This document shows, piece after piece, positions 38,571-53,468 of a stretch of DNA of 64,000 bases (position 1 is its first letter; the number at the start of each line of letters is the position of its first letter). The notes beneath the pieces are model-generated. The model worked only from the letters and a program-made list of their open reading frames with translations, was not told the DNA's origin and did not search any database. A program made the translations under genes and the position numbers. The stretch comes from Antechinus flavipes (Eukaryota), in assembly GCF_016432865.1 (NCBI RefSeq), contig NC_067401.1, positions 40,734,001 to 40,798,000 of the forward strand, read 5' to 3'.

Positions 38571-38611
38571 TCAGCTCTTTTGAAACAACGTGGTTGGCCC
38601 TGAAAAGGGCC
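38571..38611 (-). terminator. H4 stem-loop (38596-38611) and HDE (38571-38581)
   Basis: Minus strand GGCCCTTTTCAGGGCC-AACCA ... AAAAGAGCTGA. Confidence 0.95.
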
Positions 38612-38657
38612 TTTGGTTTTCCGTGGCAGGCTGGCCAGCTAAAATGCTGCAGCAGAC

Positions 38658-39029
<372 letters not shown>

Positions 39030-39095
39030 TTATATACCGCACTGTCGGACCTGATTGAAAACAGGCAATCTTCGCGCTTAACACCTGATTGGTTC
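39030..39095 (-). promoter_or_regulatory. H4 promoter with site II (HINFP element)
   Basis: TATATAA 39030-39036; GTTTTCAATCAGGTCCGAC 39044-39062 containing GGTCCG; CCAAT near 39088-39092. Confidence 0.9.
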
Positions 39096-39821
39096 TTTCT
39101 CGTCCAACCCTTACAAGAAAGAGGCGTTACCCTAATCTGCTTCTTTTGTCTCCTTTCTTCCCTTTTCCTCTCCCCTCCTTTCCTTTTCCTTTTTCTTTTC
39201 TCTCCCGTCTTTTTTTTTTTTTTTTTAAAGAGTTTTTAAAAATTGAAGTCTCAACTTTAAGTTTTTGGACATTTTTAATATAAATATTTTGTAATTTTTT
39301 TCAATCACTTTTTACTTGTGAGTCGGTGAATTCGTTTTTGTTAAGGAAACATGCAATTCCCAAACAATTCCCATCGCACACTCAAAAATCTGTGCTTTTT
39401 CTATTCTCATCAACAGTAGTATGACTTTTTACAAATCAGTCATCCTGTCAATAGGTGGCCAAAAAAAAAAAAAGGAACCCCAAAAAAAACCTGTTTCTGC
39501 CTTTCGAAATCTAATTGGAGGATTCCAGGTGCAAACAACTATATATGAGAAAATAGGAAATAATCAATACAGGAAAGGCTTTAGAATTATGGGATTTTAG
39601 CTGGAACTTGAAGGAAGCCAGGGAGGCCAGTGGAGAGAGGGGAAAGGATGGGGCATGGGGAACAGCCAGAGAAAATGCTGGGAACCGAGAGATGGAATGG
39701 CTTGTTCTTTGAACAGCAAGGAAGTCGGTGTCATTGGATTAAAGAGTTTCTGGGGGAGGGCAATTACTAGAAAGGTAAGATCAGGGCTACGTTATAAAGA
39801 GCTTTGAATGACAGACAATTT

Positions 39822-40305
39822 TTTTTAAAAATAACTTTTTATTGACAGAACCCATGCCAGGGTAATTTTTTATAACATTATCCCTTGCACTCATTTCTGT
39901 TCCGATTTTTCCCCTTCCTCCCTCCACCCCCTCCCCTAGATGGCAAGCAGTTCTTTACATGTTGAATAGGTTACAGTATATCCTAGATACAATATATGTG
40001 TGCAGAACCGAACAGTTTTCTTATTGCACAGGGAGAATTGAATTCAGAAGGTATAAATAACCCGGGAAGAAAAACAAAAATGCAAGCAGTTTATATTCAT
40101 TTCCCAGTATTCTTTCTTTGGGTGTAGCTGCTTCTGTCCATCTTTGATCAATTAAAGTTATCTTTATCGAAGAGATCCACTTCCATCAGAATACATCCTC
40201 AAACAGTATCGTTGATGAGGTATATAATGATCTCCTGGTTCTGCTCATTTCACTCAGCATCAGTTCATGTAAGTCTCGCCAGTCCTCTTTGTATTCATCC
40301 TGCTG
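39822..40305 (-). mobile_element. Young 5'-truncated L1 3' end inside an old L2-like fragment
   Basis: Same 3' UTR type as 21939-23160; perfect 16-bp TSD GAATGACAGACAATTT (39806-39821 / 40306-40321). Confidence 0.95.
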
Positions 40306-40677
40306 GAATGACAGACAATTTGATAATGAATTCTAGTAGTCCCGGGGGAAAAAAAAAGTTGATTTAGTAGGGGCATGACAAAATCGAACCTGAATTTTTC
40401 TGAAAATAATTTGGGGGTTTGAATGGAGGATAGAGCCACAGGCAGACCAACCAGGAGGCTGTTATAATAGTCTAGATGTGGAGATGAGGCCTGCACCAGG
40501 GTGGGGGCAATTTAAGAGGAGAGGTGTTTAGAAGAGATGTTGCAAAGAATATTGATTGAATGTGGGAGGATGTATTGTGAGCTTCTTGAGAATTGTCTTT
40601 TCCCTCTTCTGTGTCCCTAACACTTAGCACAGTGTCTGGCACGAAGTGGGCATGTAATGATTTAGAAAGGGGAGGGG

Positions 40678-40680
<3 letters not shown>

Positions 40681-40761
<81 letters not shown>
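40681..40761. repeat. (AG)n microsatellite, about 40 units
   Basis: Read directly. Confidence 0.98.
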
Positions 40762-40764
<3 letters not shown>

Positions 40765-41464
40765 AACCCAGGACTTTTTAAAAGCCTTGTAGAACCTCGT
40801 GGAATGGTAAATTAACCGTTTATTCGATGAAGTTTCAGAAAAAAGGAACAGGAATAGAGTAAGTGGAACCAGGAGAGAGTTGTATACTGAAAATCCAGTG
40901 AGAAGAGAGAAACAAGAAGAGGATGCTTGTCAAGCATGTAGAGAGTTCAAGAAAGACAGATGGGTCTGTTTGCTTACCTGTAGAATAAGGGGAATTGTAG
41001 GCATAGTTGATCCTAAGACTGTTTTTCAGTTCTATGATTCTATAATACTATTACTTGAAATTACCTTATTAGCTCTACTGCCTAGCCATGGAACTCATGG
41101 ACCACAGGGGCTAACCAGGTTTCCTTTTGTACTTGAAAGTCATGTCTAACCTTGCCAATAGTGAAAAAGAAAACTTAGCCCATCTCTTAACTAAGAGAAA
41201 AGCTCTGTTTCAAGAAGAAACTTGAGAAAGAGAGTGCATGCTTGGGGAACCTTATTAGAAGAATCTCTCGCTGCCTGTTTTCTTCTTCCCTCTGATATCT
41301 GAAGACAAATGGCAAAGGATACCCTTATTTTTATTATTTTGTTTCCTCAATAGAAAAATGGGAATAATAATGTATATCCTGCATGCTTTATAGTGTTTTT
41401 GTGAAGGTTAAATAAAGATGATGTATTTGGAAGCATAGGTAAATAGTATATGAAAGTAAGGTAA

Positions 41465-42005
41465 TATCCCCCAAAAAAATCATAAAGGAGGGGAAAGGAT
41501 CCATATATGCAAAAATGTTCATAGCAGCTCTTTTTGTGGTAGCAAAGAATTGGAAAATGAATAGATGCCCAGTAATTAGGGAATGGCTGAATAAGTTATG
41601 GTATATGAAAGTAATGGGATATTATTGCTCCATAAAAAATGATGAACAAGCTGATTTTAGAAAGACATGGATTGATTTATATGAACTGATTCTGAGCAAA
41701 CCAAGCAGAACCAGGAATATATTGTATATAGTAACAGCAAGATTGTGTGATGGTCAACTATGAAAGATTTGGTTCTTTTCATCGGTTCAATGATCCCAAC
41801 AAACTTTGTTAGAAAACTCCATCTGCATTCAGAAAAAGAACTATGGAGATTGAATGTAAATCAACCCATGCCATGTTTGGTTTTTTTTCTTTTTCTTCTG
41901 CTTTTTTTTTTTTTTCTCTTGTGGTTTTTACCTTTTAATTCATAAATAATTGTGGATCAAAAAAATTAATGTACATTTAATCAGAAAAAATAATAATAAT
42001 AAAAA
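41465..42005 (+). mobile_element. Older L1 3' fragment
   Basis: ORF2 C-terminus MFIAALFVVAKNWK...WLNKLWYM, then A-rich tail. Confidence 0.88.
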
Positions 42006-45000
42006 AGGTAAATGCCCTTGTAATAGGCTCCAAGATTTGTAACTTAGCCCTTAGAAGGGCCCTTAGAAATCATCTAATGCAAGTAATCCCTTTATTTTGC
42101 AGATGAAGAAAGCCCTCAGATCTTAATTGGCTTGTCCAAGATGCTCTCTAGAAACAGAATGCCATAGTGGAAACCACAGATCTTAGACACAGGGTTAGAG
42201 GTCAGGAGATTTGGTTTGGAGTCCTTGACGAACCTTTTCCTAATTGGATGAGCAACTGAACTGGAGTCTGAATTTTTCTCATCCTGGAAAATAAGAATAA
42301 TAATACACACATTGAGGAAAGGTTTGTTTTTTTTTTTTTTAAGATGATAGAAGTGAACAATTTTTATTATTACTTGCAAGTGGAACTACTTTCTTCGAGT
42401 AAGCATTGGCTGATTGATTGATTGGCTCTTTATGAAGTCTTCCCACTTCCCACTCCTGCTGGCACTTAAAAGGGGTTCTGCCTGAGCAAACAATGTGTGG
42501 CCTAGAGGGCCTCAGGTTGCCATGGTTACCATCCCGGGTAATACTGCAGCTGTTCCCTCCTGCAGACTATGACCCTTTATTTCTTTTGCTAGAGTGTTTT
42601 CCAGTCTTTCACTGAATCCTAGAATATCAGAGCTGGAAGTGAGTTTAGAATCTATCTAATCTATCTCTTTCATTTTATAGATGAAGAAACTGTCCCAGAG
42701 AGAAATGATTTGCTAGGGTCACACAGCTAACAAGTAGCAGTTGCATTGGGATGCTTATAGTATTATATTTTTTTCCAAGAAAGGGAGAGCTTAGCTCTGG
42801 AAAACTCCTAAGACTCAACAAGCAAGACCTGACCTTGATGTAACAACAATCCTTTGTACTCACCCTTTGGGTGAACTTAGCTATAGGAAAATCTCAGAAT
42901 TGTTTCATACCAGCACCAGGAGGTCCCCTGAATGTGGATAAACATCTGTCTGCAGATAGAGTCGTGAAACTCTCCTATTGAAGGGGGAGGAGAATTGTTT
43001 CCTTTACTGAAGTTATGTTCCCTTTGATCTGTGATCCCTTTGCAGTCTCAGCCCTTCCTGGGGAAGCATATTTCTCTCCTCCCCCTCTCCCCCCATAAAT
43101 TATCTTTCTGGGATGCCAGAGCTTTTGATTCAATTAGACATCCTGGTCAAAAGGCCCCTTTGAAGTGTTAATTCCAATAGGAGATCTGGGTTGAAAACTG
43201 ATAAACATCGAAGCCTGGGAATGTGAGTCCTTCAGCCCCCAACTCCTTAAAAAGGGCAGTATCTGGACTTGCTCTTTGCAGAAGGCCTAAGGTAACTTGC
43301 TCAGTTGCTAGGACCTTTCTGCCATCTGAGAAAGCATTCTCAGGGCCAAATTCCATTTCCCTAATAGGTCTTTGCCACTATAGAAGTCAGTCCCTTGGCA
43401 AACTGATTTCTATCCCAAAATGAACTTTCATTTTGCAATTAATAATTTGGGAATAAGTGAATTCTTTCTTTTTTAAACCTGTGGCTGATGAAAGGGGATT
43501 TGAACAACTTTCTTATTGCTACTAACCTCACAACCACCAGGAATTAAGGGGATTCAAACCTCATCACTATGAATAAAATTTGTCTCATTGTTGCTGTTGT
43601 TCCTTATTGTCAGAGCTATAACTCTGTGGGTACAACTAGTATATGTGCTGAGATTTGCTACACTAAAGCAGGTTTCCCCACTATGGAAGAAAGCCCTGAC
43701 ATATGTATATAGTTTCCTTCTTCCAATGGAATAAAAAAAATCTTTTTGCTTATGATCACTGTTAGCTCTTTGATTTTATTTTGTTTTTTAACCTTATTTT
43801 ATTTTTCAGATATAATAGTGTTTGCATAACCTCTGTGATTCTTTGATCATTTCTTTCAGTGTTGACATCTCTACTACCAACTAAAGAGTTGAGTAAGTCA
43901 GATAATGTCTCTTGACCTTTCTGACATTTAAAATGAAGGGTTTGGGTGTCTCTAAGACCTCTACTATTTCTCAAACTTTGATTTTATGGTGCACATGTAT
44001 TTCTAGATCAGAAAATATATGTATTTTTTTCTCCCATTCAGGAAGAATTTTCTTCTATGGAATTATGAAATAAAACAGCCTCTGTTTAGTTCTTTTGAAT
44101 ATGCTTGTGCATTGGGAGCAGTAGAGAGGAGAGGAAGGACTATTTTAAGCATCAAAGCATCATTTCACTAGGACTGAATTAACTTAATGAGACTGGAGTC
44201 CAGAAAAACATTTAAATTGGTCTGACAGGATAATAGCATTTAAGATTTTCTATTTCTTGATAGTGGGCCAAATGTTCTTTATCCCTAGGAAGCCATAATT
44301 CACTGACTGTAATTCTTTGTTGCTTTTACATGCATATTGTGGGAAATAGGGAAGAAGTAGGTATATGATTTTTTTTTTTTAACTAGAAAATAGTAGTGTC
44401 TATCAAGAAAAGAAAAAAAATATTTAAGAGGCTTTCCACTCTACACATCTGAACAGCTTCCTAATGGGTTATAATTCAACAATAAGCTGTGAAGGGAATT
44501 TAAAAATAAGATTGAGAGCTTAAAAATGGCACATTAAGAAAAACAATCTTTTTTTTTTTTTTTTTTTAAAAGAAATAAGCAAGTTGCTACTTGGAAAAAC
44601 AATAGCAACTGAATTTGAAGGCAAAAAACTTGAGTTCAAATCCTGACTTTTGGGTGACTTAGAAAAAAATCACATAACCTCCCTGGGCCTCATCTGGGCC
44701 AGATGATGAAAATAGCAATGATCTATCTAGTGCTCTTACAAAAAGTGCTTTACAAATTTTTATCCTGGCAAGATCCATAGAATATACATGCTGTTATTAT
44801 GTGGATTTTACAGATAAGGAAACTGAGGCTGAGAGGTTAAGTGATTTGCCCAATGCCCTATAAATAGTCATTTTTGAGATAAAATTTGAACTCCAGTTCA
44901 AGATGGATTTGAAAGCCTGTCTTGATTTAAAGTGCCTCATCCACTCACCTGCCACTATGTAAGTCTCTGCCATTTCAAAATCAATGATATCTGTATATGC

Positions 45001-48000
45001 CAAATTAAAACAACAAAAAATGGAAACTCATTCTCAGACTATGGAAAAATAAAGGCAACTTTGAAAATAACCCTTAAGCTTTCTTTACCTAACTGCTCTC
45101 TACTAGTTTTTGGCTTTTAGGAGTATCAGGATCACTTGTTGAACAATAGGTTGCTAAGATAACAGCCCATGACAGCTATTTGCTTTTAGTAAAATCCTCT
45201 GTTATGCTTGAGATGAATCTTATTATGAATTCTAATTGTGATTTAAATTTCAAATTTTAACCTTAAATTTAAAATTTCTTTCCTATAAAGCTTTGGTTTT
45301 AGGCACCATTTTTGGCTTATACTATTCCCAGTTTCTATTTGCCCTTTTTTTTCCCTTCCACAAACCTGTAATCCAAAGGTTAAAGGATATGGAAGCTTTT
45401 GGGACTTTTTTGAGTTATTGTGTCTCTTTGATGTGTGTGAATATAGATTGAGTTTATCAGGGATGATTGCTTGGGTCAGGCTTTAGTAGATCTAAGCTTC
45501 ATTCCAGGATTCAGGTCTATGCAAACAGAAAGCTGGATCTGTCAGAGGTTCAACAATATTCAGACATAACTGAACAAAATCTAGAAATTAAGACCAGTGA
45601 CACTTGAGTTTAATTCTTGTAGGTATAGCCTGCAGAGACCTCTTGGAATCACACTTGCCTTGAGCCTCAGGGAAGGCAGCTATTTAAAAAGAGTAGAAGA
45701 GTCAGTCTGAAAGATAGCAGTAGCTTGTGGCAATAATGGGAAGGCAAGAGTTCTTGTACTCTGATTTTGGGGAATGGCCATGGAGAAGACAGTCAAAATC
45801 TTTCTGTTCCAAAGATGGCAACTAGAGAAAGGCAAAATGCATAGCCTTGGAAAGGAGGAAACCACATGACCTGAAGAGGTAGTAGCTGAGGGCAGGAGTA
45901 GAGTGATGAGATGTATTAAGATGAGATCAAGGTTTTAATCCACCTTTGGTGTCCATCTGCCTTCTAACTCACTTATGACTCCAGAAAACAGTAGCAGACT
46001 GTACTCTGGTAAGTGTCATGGCAGATAAGTTAAACCAAATTGAGTATAACCAACAGGCCTCAAGTCTAAAGTAAATTACGGGGATATCTACCCTAAACAA
46101 TGAAGGCTTTCCTTGATAATTTGGACAAATAAGAACAAGTTCTTCCAATGGCCATGAAAACAGTGGAAGCAGGCACGAAGGAGCATTTAGAATTTGATTA
46201 GGGATCAAAAACGGTCATTTACTGAACCTCAGGCCATCACCAATCATCCTGACTTTTGTCCTGTTACTGGACTTTGATGATTTTGGAAGAGAGAGTGAGG
46301 TTGATGACTTTGTGCAAATAAATCCAATTCATGGGCAAGTCAAGAGATCACTTTTCCTTTTGAGTAATTGTGGGGTTTGTGGAGAAGGCCTTGTAAAATT
46401 TTATTCCTCAGTGTAATTAGTACAATGTTGTCTTCAATAGAAATATTGTTGTGGCCTAATGGATCTGGCTAGTATGAACCATGGCACCTTATGAGATTTC
46501 CTTTTGACTGGCTATGTTTTATGAACTAGCTTTGTATTCCTTGTATAAACCCATTATGGTTATAATATATAACTTTTCTACTATGTTCTAATATGTTGTC
46601 TTAGCCTGCCCGCTAATGTCAATATTCATTAGGTTTCTTATACTTTTCTTTCTCTATTTTGCCTATCCCTGGTTTAGGTATAGTAAGAAAAAGCATTTTT
46701 GTGTCAGAGAAAGAGATTGGAAGAGTGGCATCTTCATTTCTTCATGTGTTTATTTTTTGGGAATTCATCCATTTTCTTTAATTTCAGTTTTATTTGCATA
46801 AAATTGTACAAAATGATTTCTGATGCTTTGATGAGTTCTTTTTATTTTTGAAAAGAAATTTAGTTTCCTTTAATTAAAAAAAATCAGATAAGCTAAGAAT
46901 TTTTATAATACATTAGTTTAAAAAAACAGTTCCTAATTTTATTTATCAGTTCTATTATCTTTTTGCCTTCATTTTTTATTAAATCCATCTTAAATTTTTA
47001 AATGTAACATTTCACAATATTGACAATCTACTTCTTCTGGATAGGCTTACTTAGTTTCCATGATACCATTCTCTCAGTTTTTTTTTTTTTTCCTGCCTTT
47101 GCTAACTATTGCTTTTCATTCTCCTTTATTAAATCTTCAAGTAGGGCATACTTTTTGAGTGGGGGTATCCTCTAAAGCTCTCTTCAGAATCCCCATTCCT
47201 GGAACTCATTTGCTCCTCACTTTTGCCCTTTAGAAGAGTTTGGCTTCTTTCAAGATTCATCTAAAACATCATATGTTCTAGGATGCTATTTCAAAAAACT
47301 GTGCTCCAGCTTGATCCTTTAAGATTATCTTCCATCCACTTGGAATGAATCTTGTACATATCTATTATAAGAAAATGATGATATAGGAGAGTTTTGGAGG
47401 AAACTGAGAAGACCTTAACTGGAGAGTAAAGTGAACAGAACTAGGAGAAAAATTTGTAAAATGACAACATTATAGGGAAAAATAACTTTGAAAGACTTTA
47501 GAACTCTGATCAATGATAAAACACAGAGACATTAATGAACTTAAATTGCAGAGAGAGAGATAGAATGGCCAATTTCTGAGTATTTGTTTTGCTGGACTAT
47601 GCATGTTCATAGAGAAAACTTTGAAAGACTTTAGAACTATTCTTTTTCTGGGTTTTGTTTTTTTAAAGATATTTTAATATTAGTAGGGAGGACAGGAGAG
47701 AGGTAAGACATTATAAATGGATGTAAAAATACATTAAAAAAAAAGAAAACTGGCAGAGAGCAGTTTGTCATCAATGTGATTTTGAGAGGATCAATGATCC
47801 TCTTTCTGAAAGTCATTTATAAAATAGAGTTAATACTTCTATTACCTAATTTATAGAGTCATTGTCAAAAAAGTACTTCATGAATTTCAAACTGCATGAA
47901 GATTGAACTCCATGTTAATTATGCTCTTTTTTCAACCCTCCTTTTTTTTGGATCTATTTTGCTCCATTATTCCAGGAACCCTAACTCTAATTATCCACAG

Positions 48001-48090
48001 AGATCTGATTTCTATGAGGGGAAGAAAAAGGATAGGAAAAGCATTTTTATTTATCAATTTATGTTCCGGCAAACATTCTCTTTGCTTTCA

Positions 48091-48109
48091 TGGCCACCAG
48101 GTGGCAATA
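48091..48109 (+). promoter_or_regulatory. CTCF-like motif
   Basis: TGGCCACCAGGTGGCAATA matches the core CCACYAGRKGGC. Confidence 0.55.
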
Positions 48110-48737
48110 TTGACCTCCAAATGATATACTTGTGGCACAATAAGCTTTTTTTTTTTGTTTTTTTTTACCAAACAAAATACAGAACTGAGAGTGCAATTAG
48201 TCTTGCAGCTGTTATTATCTTTATTTCAAAGAGAGGGCAGGGAGAAAGGAGTTAACTTGGTATTTACAGCTTGGAGATTGTGGCTCAGGCCCTGTCAGAC
48301 AAGAGAGTAGGACCATTCTTGGATAGACAGTGACTATAACATAACTGCAGGACATGAGATTGTCCTTGGCAATAATTCTATTCCCAACTGAGGGAATTAT
48401 GAGTTTTTGGACAAGGATGAAGTCAGAGAGTATATAAGCACCTGGAGACTGTTTTTCTTTTCTATCTTTCATTGTGTCAAAATGGTATGTGAAGGGGAGT
48501 AGGAACCTCAAGGTTTAAAGTTTTCTTTTGAAACTGTTTTTCCAAGTCTAATTGCATAAATGAAAAAGGGAAGTGGGGGGAGGTGGGGTATGGCCCACTA
48601 TATAGGACTTAACATAGGAAGGAAGGTATGGCCTTCTAACCAAGGCCTAACAATCAGGCAAAACAATTTTGTGCTCAGAAATATAGAGATTGATCATTGG
48701 AACTATTTTAGTACACACAATATATAGAAACCCCTCC

Positions 48738-48907
48738 TGGATCACTGCCTTGTCATGGCAGAAAGGATTGATTAGCTCAGTGAAACTATGACTGTGCTGC
48801 TCAGGGTGTCTGAAATGGGCAGGTGTCATAATAGAGAGTTCTGACAAAAAGGGATTCACTAGAGAAGGAAATGGTAAACTACTCTAGTGTTTTTGCCAAG
48901 AAAACCC
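48738..48907. mobile_element. RTE-related SINE/LINE fragment
   Basis: TGCCTTGTCATGG...GAGAAGGAAATGG...TTTGCCAAGAAAACCC resembles marsupial RTE-derived repeats. Confidence 0.6.
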
Positions 48908-49835
48908 TAACTGGGATGTCCATCAATGGAGAATGGTTGAACAAGCTATGGTCTATGAATGAAGTGATAAAAGAGTTGACTACTTATGTATGATATAATA
49001 ATCTTCACCATTCCCTCTTCCCTACTGAAAATTTTCCTTGGATTACAGGGAAATAGAAGAATGAATGGTAAGTTAACAGGAATTCACAAGAATGAAATAG
49101 TTTTTTTATTAAGAAGGAAGTTTTAAAATAATCAATGGATATTTACATATGTTAGGTGGAATGAAATAAATGAGCCCAATTAATGTGAATTTAAATTATA
49201 CAATGCAACAACTAACTCATCATTCAAATTTTAAGAGCAGGCATTAGATACACATTCAACAGCCATTTGAATGTCATTTACATTTGATGGAATTATCTCA
49301 TTTCAGCATATAACATGCTAGGAAACATTGTCCCTATTCTATATATTAAATAGAGAATATAAATTCTGTATTTCTATAAATAGAATAATCATATAGTACT
49401 TAGATATCATAGTTACTATAACAACCAATCCATAAAAGGAGTCATTCATGATTGATAGGTATTTCATATGAAATCACAAGTATTATTACCCATCTTTTAC
49501 ATATTAAGAAATAGAAGTTAAAAGAATTGATGTGATTTACTCAGTCACACAGCTAATCAGTGTCATCACTAAGATTCAGATTTGTATTTTCTTGCTCTAC
49601 TATTTACTTTTTACAAACATATCACATATAAAAGAAAAAATTAAAATACTATTAATTAAGGGATTCTGCCAGGAATTTAATATACAAAAAAGAGTGGCAG
49701 ACAGAACAGAACCATGGGGGAAGGGAGGAAGAAGAGGAACCAGAGAAGGGGATAGAGCAGGACCAAGCAAGTATATGAGTAGGAAAGGTAAAAACTAGGC
49801 TAATAATAACCCTCTTTGAGGGGCAGAAAGAGTAC

Positions 49836-49973
49836 TTGGGGTACAGTGGATAGAGCACCAGCCCTGAAGTCAGGAGGACCTGAGTTCAAATTTGTCCTCA
49901 GACTCTTAACACTTGCTAGTTGTGTGACCCTAGGCAAGCCACTTAATCCCAGTAGCCTCAGGGGGAAAAAAAA
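49836..49973 (+). mobile_element. WSINE1-like tRNA-derived SINE
   Basis: CAGTGGATAGAGCACCAGCCCTGAAGTCAGGAGGACCTGAGTTCAAAT head with B-box, A tail, 9-bp TSD AAAGAGTAC (49827-49835 / 49974-49982). Confidence 0.85.
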
Positions 49974-52200
49974 AAAGAGTACATTGATTATAAGTGCTCC
50001 ATTTCTATAATCTAGAACTTGGAAGTTCTTTCATGCTATCACAATTTTCTGATACTTATCATTCTTTCCGCCTATTTCCTTCAAAACCCATTGTTCATCC
50101 CTACTATGACCTGTGGCCTGGAAAGATTTACACAATAACAGCAACAATATGCGATGATCAACCAGGAAAGACTTGGTTCTTCTCCGTGTTCAATGATGCA
50201 AAGTAATCCCTGTAGACTTTGGATAAAAAAAAAGTCATCTGCCTCCACAAAAAGAATTATGGAAACTGAATGCTATATTCACTTCTCTTTTTAATTTCTC
50301 CCATGGTTTTTCCCTTTTGCTCTGACTTTTTTCTCCTAACATGATTCATAAAGCAATGTGTATTTAAAAAATAAATAAATTTACTAGAAACAACAACAAT
50401 AACAAAAAACCCCCACAGCATTCTAGAGATAGCTTTAAAGGATTTCAGATATATCTCTCTATTTCTACCAGGTCCAGCCCCCATTCTGGGTTCCCTCCAC
50501 TGTTAGCTGCTTGTGATTAACCTTAGTTCCATTTAATCATTTAACTTTGACAAAAGTATATTAACATTGATGATTTAGCAAGAACAGAAATATAAATATT
50601 CCCCTTTCCAAAACCTGGAGGACATACCCTTAACTGTATCACCTTAGTCCCTGGATACTGAGACTGAAACAGTGCAGTTTTGGAATAGCATGTTTCCTAC
50701 TAAGTTCACATCCAAATGTAGCTGTCTAAAGGAGTCATCCCTCTTGGATTAACCTTTGTCTCTACTACCAGTAGACTGGGTCCCAAAAGTTGGTCCTTAT
50801 CACTCAGGTCTCAAATCCTGGTTGACTCAAATAGAGAGTCCATCTGCAACTATGGATAGTGACTCACTCTTCTGTTCTTTCAAAACTCACAGGGTCATAG
50901 CCTACTATCTCTACCAGAAATAAAAGAATGAGCCAAAGAACTGACTATGTAGGCCTCATCCAAGGCTGAAGTTGAGGAGGTGTCAAAGCTTCTCTCCTGA
51001 AAGCATTGTCTCTCACAAGAATGGAAGAAGTCAAATCAAGAGAAAAAGAATAAAGTTGACCAATACCTTTTGAAATGCACACCTAGTTCTGGTTATACAG
51101 CCCCCGCTAATCCAAGATAATCCATTCACTGTATGATTATCAGGCTGAAACCAGTTACAGAATGTCTATGCATGATCCCAAATCCCTATGATAAATGCAT
51201 CTCTGAGAACTCTGCATGTGGTTGAATATATCGAGCTTGTTGATCAGTACTCCATTGCACTCACCAGGCACTCTCAGATTAGGACTGGCTCAGGTTCAAA
51301 GGATGTGAGGCATCTATTTCATATTTTTTAACTGTCAAAGTCATGACCATCCTTCCAGCTTGTTTGATATTATTTTCAGCTCCTCAGTCTTACCACACGT
51401 ACTCAATCCATTGCCAAATCTTGTTTCAATTTCTGCAGCATTATACAATCATCATCTTAGTTCAGGCAATCACTCTTACTTGGTTTACTGCATTAACTTT
51501 TGATTTTTTTATCTCAATCACAAGCCTCTTTCTACACATTAGTCTATCCTCCATATAATTGCCAAAGTAGTTTTCAGCTAAAGGTCTAATCATGTCATCT
51601 TTGCTATTCAACAAACTTCAGTGATGTTGCCTTGATGAGGAAACCTTAACACTTTTTGGGGGATTGCATTTTAAAGTTCTTCACAACTTGGACCCTTTCT
51701 ATCTCTTCAAACTTCTTATACTATATTCCCTTCAGTAAACTTTGTGATTAAGCTACATGGCTCTATCTGCTTTCCAGAACACACAGGATTTGTGTGGTCT
51801 ATTTTACAATGACTCCACCCTCCTCGGCATTTTTCAAGTTGATCCATTTCAAGTATCACCTTTTTCATAAAGCCTTTTCTGAATCTGATAGCTGTTGCTA
51901 TACCTTCTCCCCAAACTCTCTTGTGCTGCTCAAACCCCCCTCTCCTCCTCCCCCCAAAAAAGCCAAAACCAAAGCCACCAAGTTCTCCCCCTCCATTACA
52001 CATAACAACATACATAGAATCAATCGACCAATGACCACTGTGTGACAGCTACAGGGCTAAGCTCTAAGGATATAAAAAAGGCCTTTCTTCTACCTCCAGC
52101 TGTTAATGCATCTCCTTCTCAGGCTGTCATCTATCCACACTGTATATATCTTCTAAATACCGAGTTATATGTTGTTTCTCCTGAATTTCTTTAGGGTAGA

Positions 52201-52420
52201 NNNNNNNNNNNNNNNNNNNNNNNNNNNNNNNNNNNNNNNNNNNNNNNNNNNNNNNNNNNNNNNNNNNNNNNNNNNNNNNNNNNNNNNNNNNNNNNNNNNN
52301 NNNNNNNNNNNNNNNNNNNNNNNNNNNNNNNNNNNNNNNNNNNNNNNNNNNNNNNNNNNNNNNNNNNNNNNNNNNNNNNNNNNNNNNNNNNNNNNNNNNN
52401 NNNNNNNNNNNNNNNNNNNN
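52201..52420. other. Assembly gap (220 N)
   Basis: N run. Confidence 1.
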
Positions 52421-52743
52421 ATATCTGGCATGTGGTGCTCAATGAATGCTAGTTATTTGACAGATTGACTGGCTGCTATAGACCCAGAAATCCAGAAAAA
52501 TGGCCTCTGTACATCTTTACCTCTTTCACAAGAAATGTGAAAAGGTTCCTCCCCTTTTTGATGCAGAGTTGAGACACAGATAAATTTGTGAAACACTGCA
52601 TACAATGGCAGACTTTGAATATGATGGTTAGTTTTGCAGATCTTTTTACGTTATTTATTTATTTTTATAAGAGATGACTCTTGGGGAGAAATTAGAAAAT
52701 GTGGGCAATATAACTTAAAACACATAAATAACGTGCATTTACA

Positions 52744-52775
<32 letters not shown>

Positions 52776-53468
52776 ACAGCAGAAGAGCGAAAATAAATTC
52801 AATTCAACTGTTCACTCATCCATTAAGAACTTACTATTGACCAGATGTGTGTGCTTGTGGGGGAAGGAGAGTAACAAGCAAAGACAGAAACAAAACAGTC
52901 CCTGCCCTCAAAGAGCTTGTTTTATTGACTCAATATAATGATCGTGATCGAGACAAATCCGAGCTGCTTCCTCCAGTGAAATGCGCCAGCCGTATACGAA
53001 TTTTGCAAGGAAGCCGTTTCTGGCCGGGCCTTTACCACGGGCCTGCACTGACTGCGGAATTGGGGGTGCCAGGGGTCGTCCCAGCCGAACCTCGGGACTG
53101 TGGCTACGCCACGTTCCAAATAGGCTGGGGTGGAATTCCATCCTCTCCATTTTTCTCTTTCAGTCTTCCCAGCAGCCAAGTATAAGTGCCTGAGGGTCCG
53201 ATGCTAATCGTTTTTTTCTCGTTTCACATTTGTCTCAGGCTGCTGCAGTCTATGAGAGGAGGTCATAAATGTCAAAAAGGGTCACTCTTGGATTGTCTGG
53301 TCTCCACCCTCTCGCAGAGATAATTGATTTCTCCCCCTCCTCCTCCAGTCTTGGTCTCTGTGATGCAATAACGAATTTCAATATAAGATGAAACAATTAC
53401 CGTCGGGAAGCATCAATTTCCTATTTGTCTATGACGATATAGAAAAACTGGGTGGAAACGTTCGAAGG

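Noticed and set aside
42863-43356. Candidate minus-strand exon (AG...GTGAGT) and a 62-aa ORF faintly like PRY/SPRY
   Set aside because: Stops in the candidate frames and no recognisable motif order; needs a TBLASTX search
48270-48485. Possible plus-strand exon with splice-like ends
   Set aside because: All frames have stops and no family is recognisable
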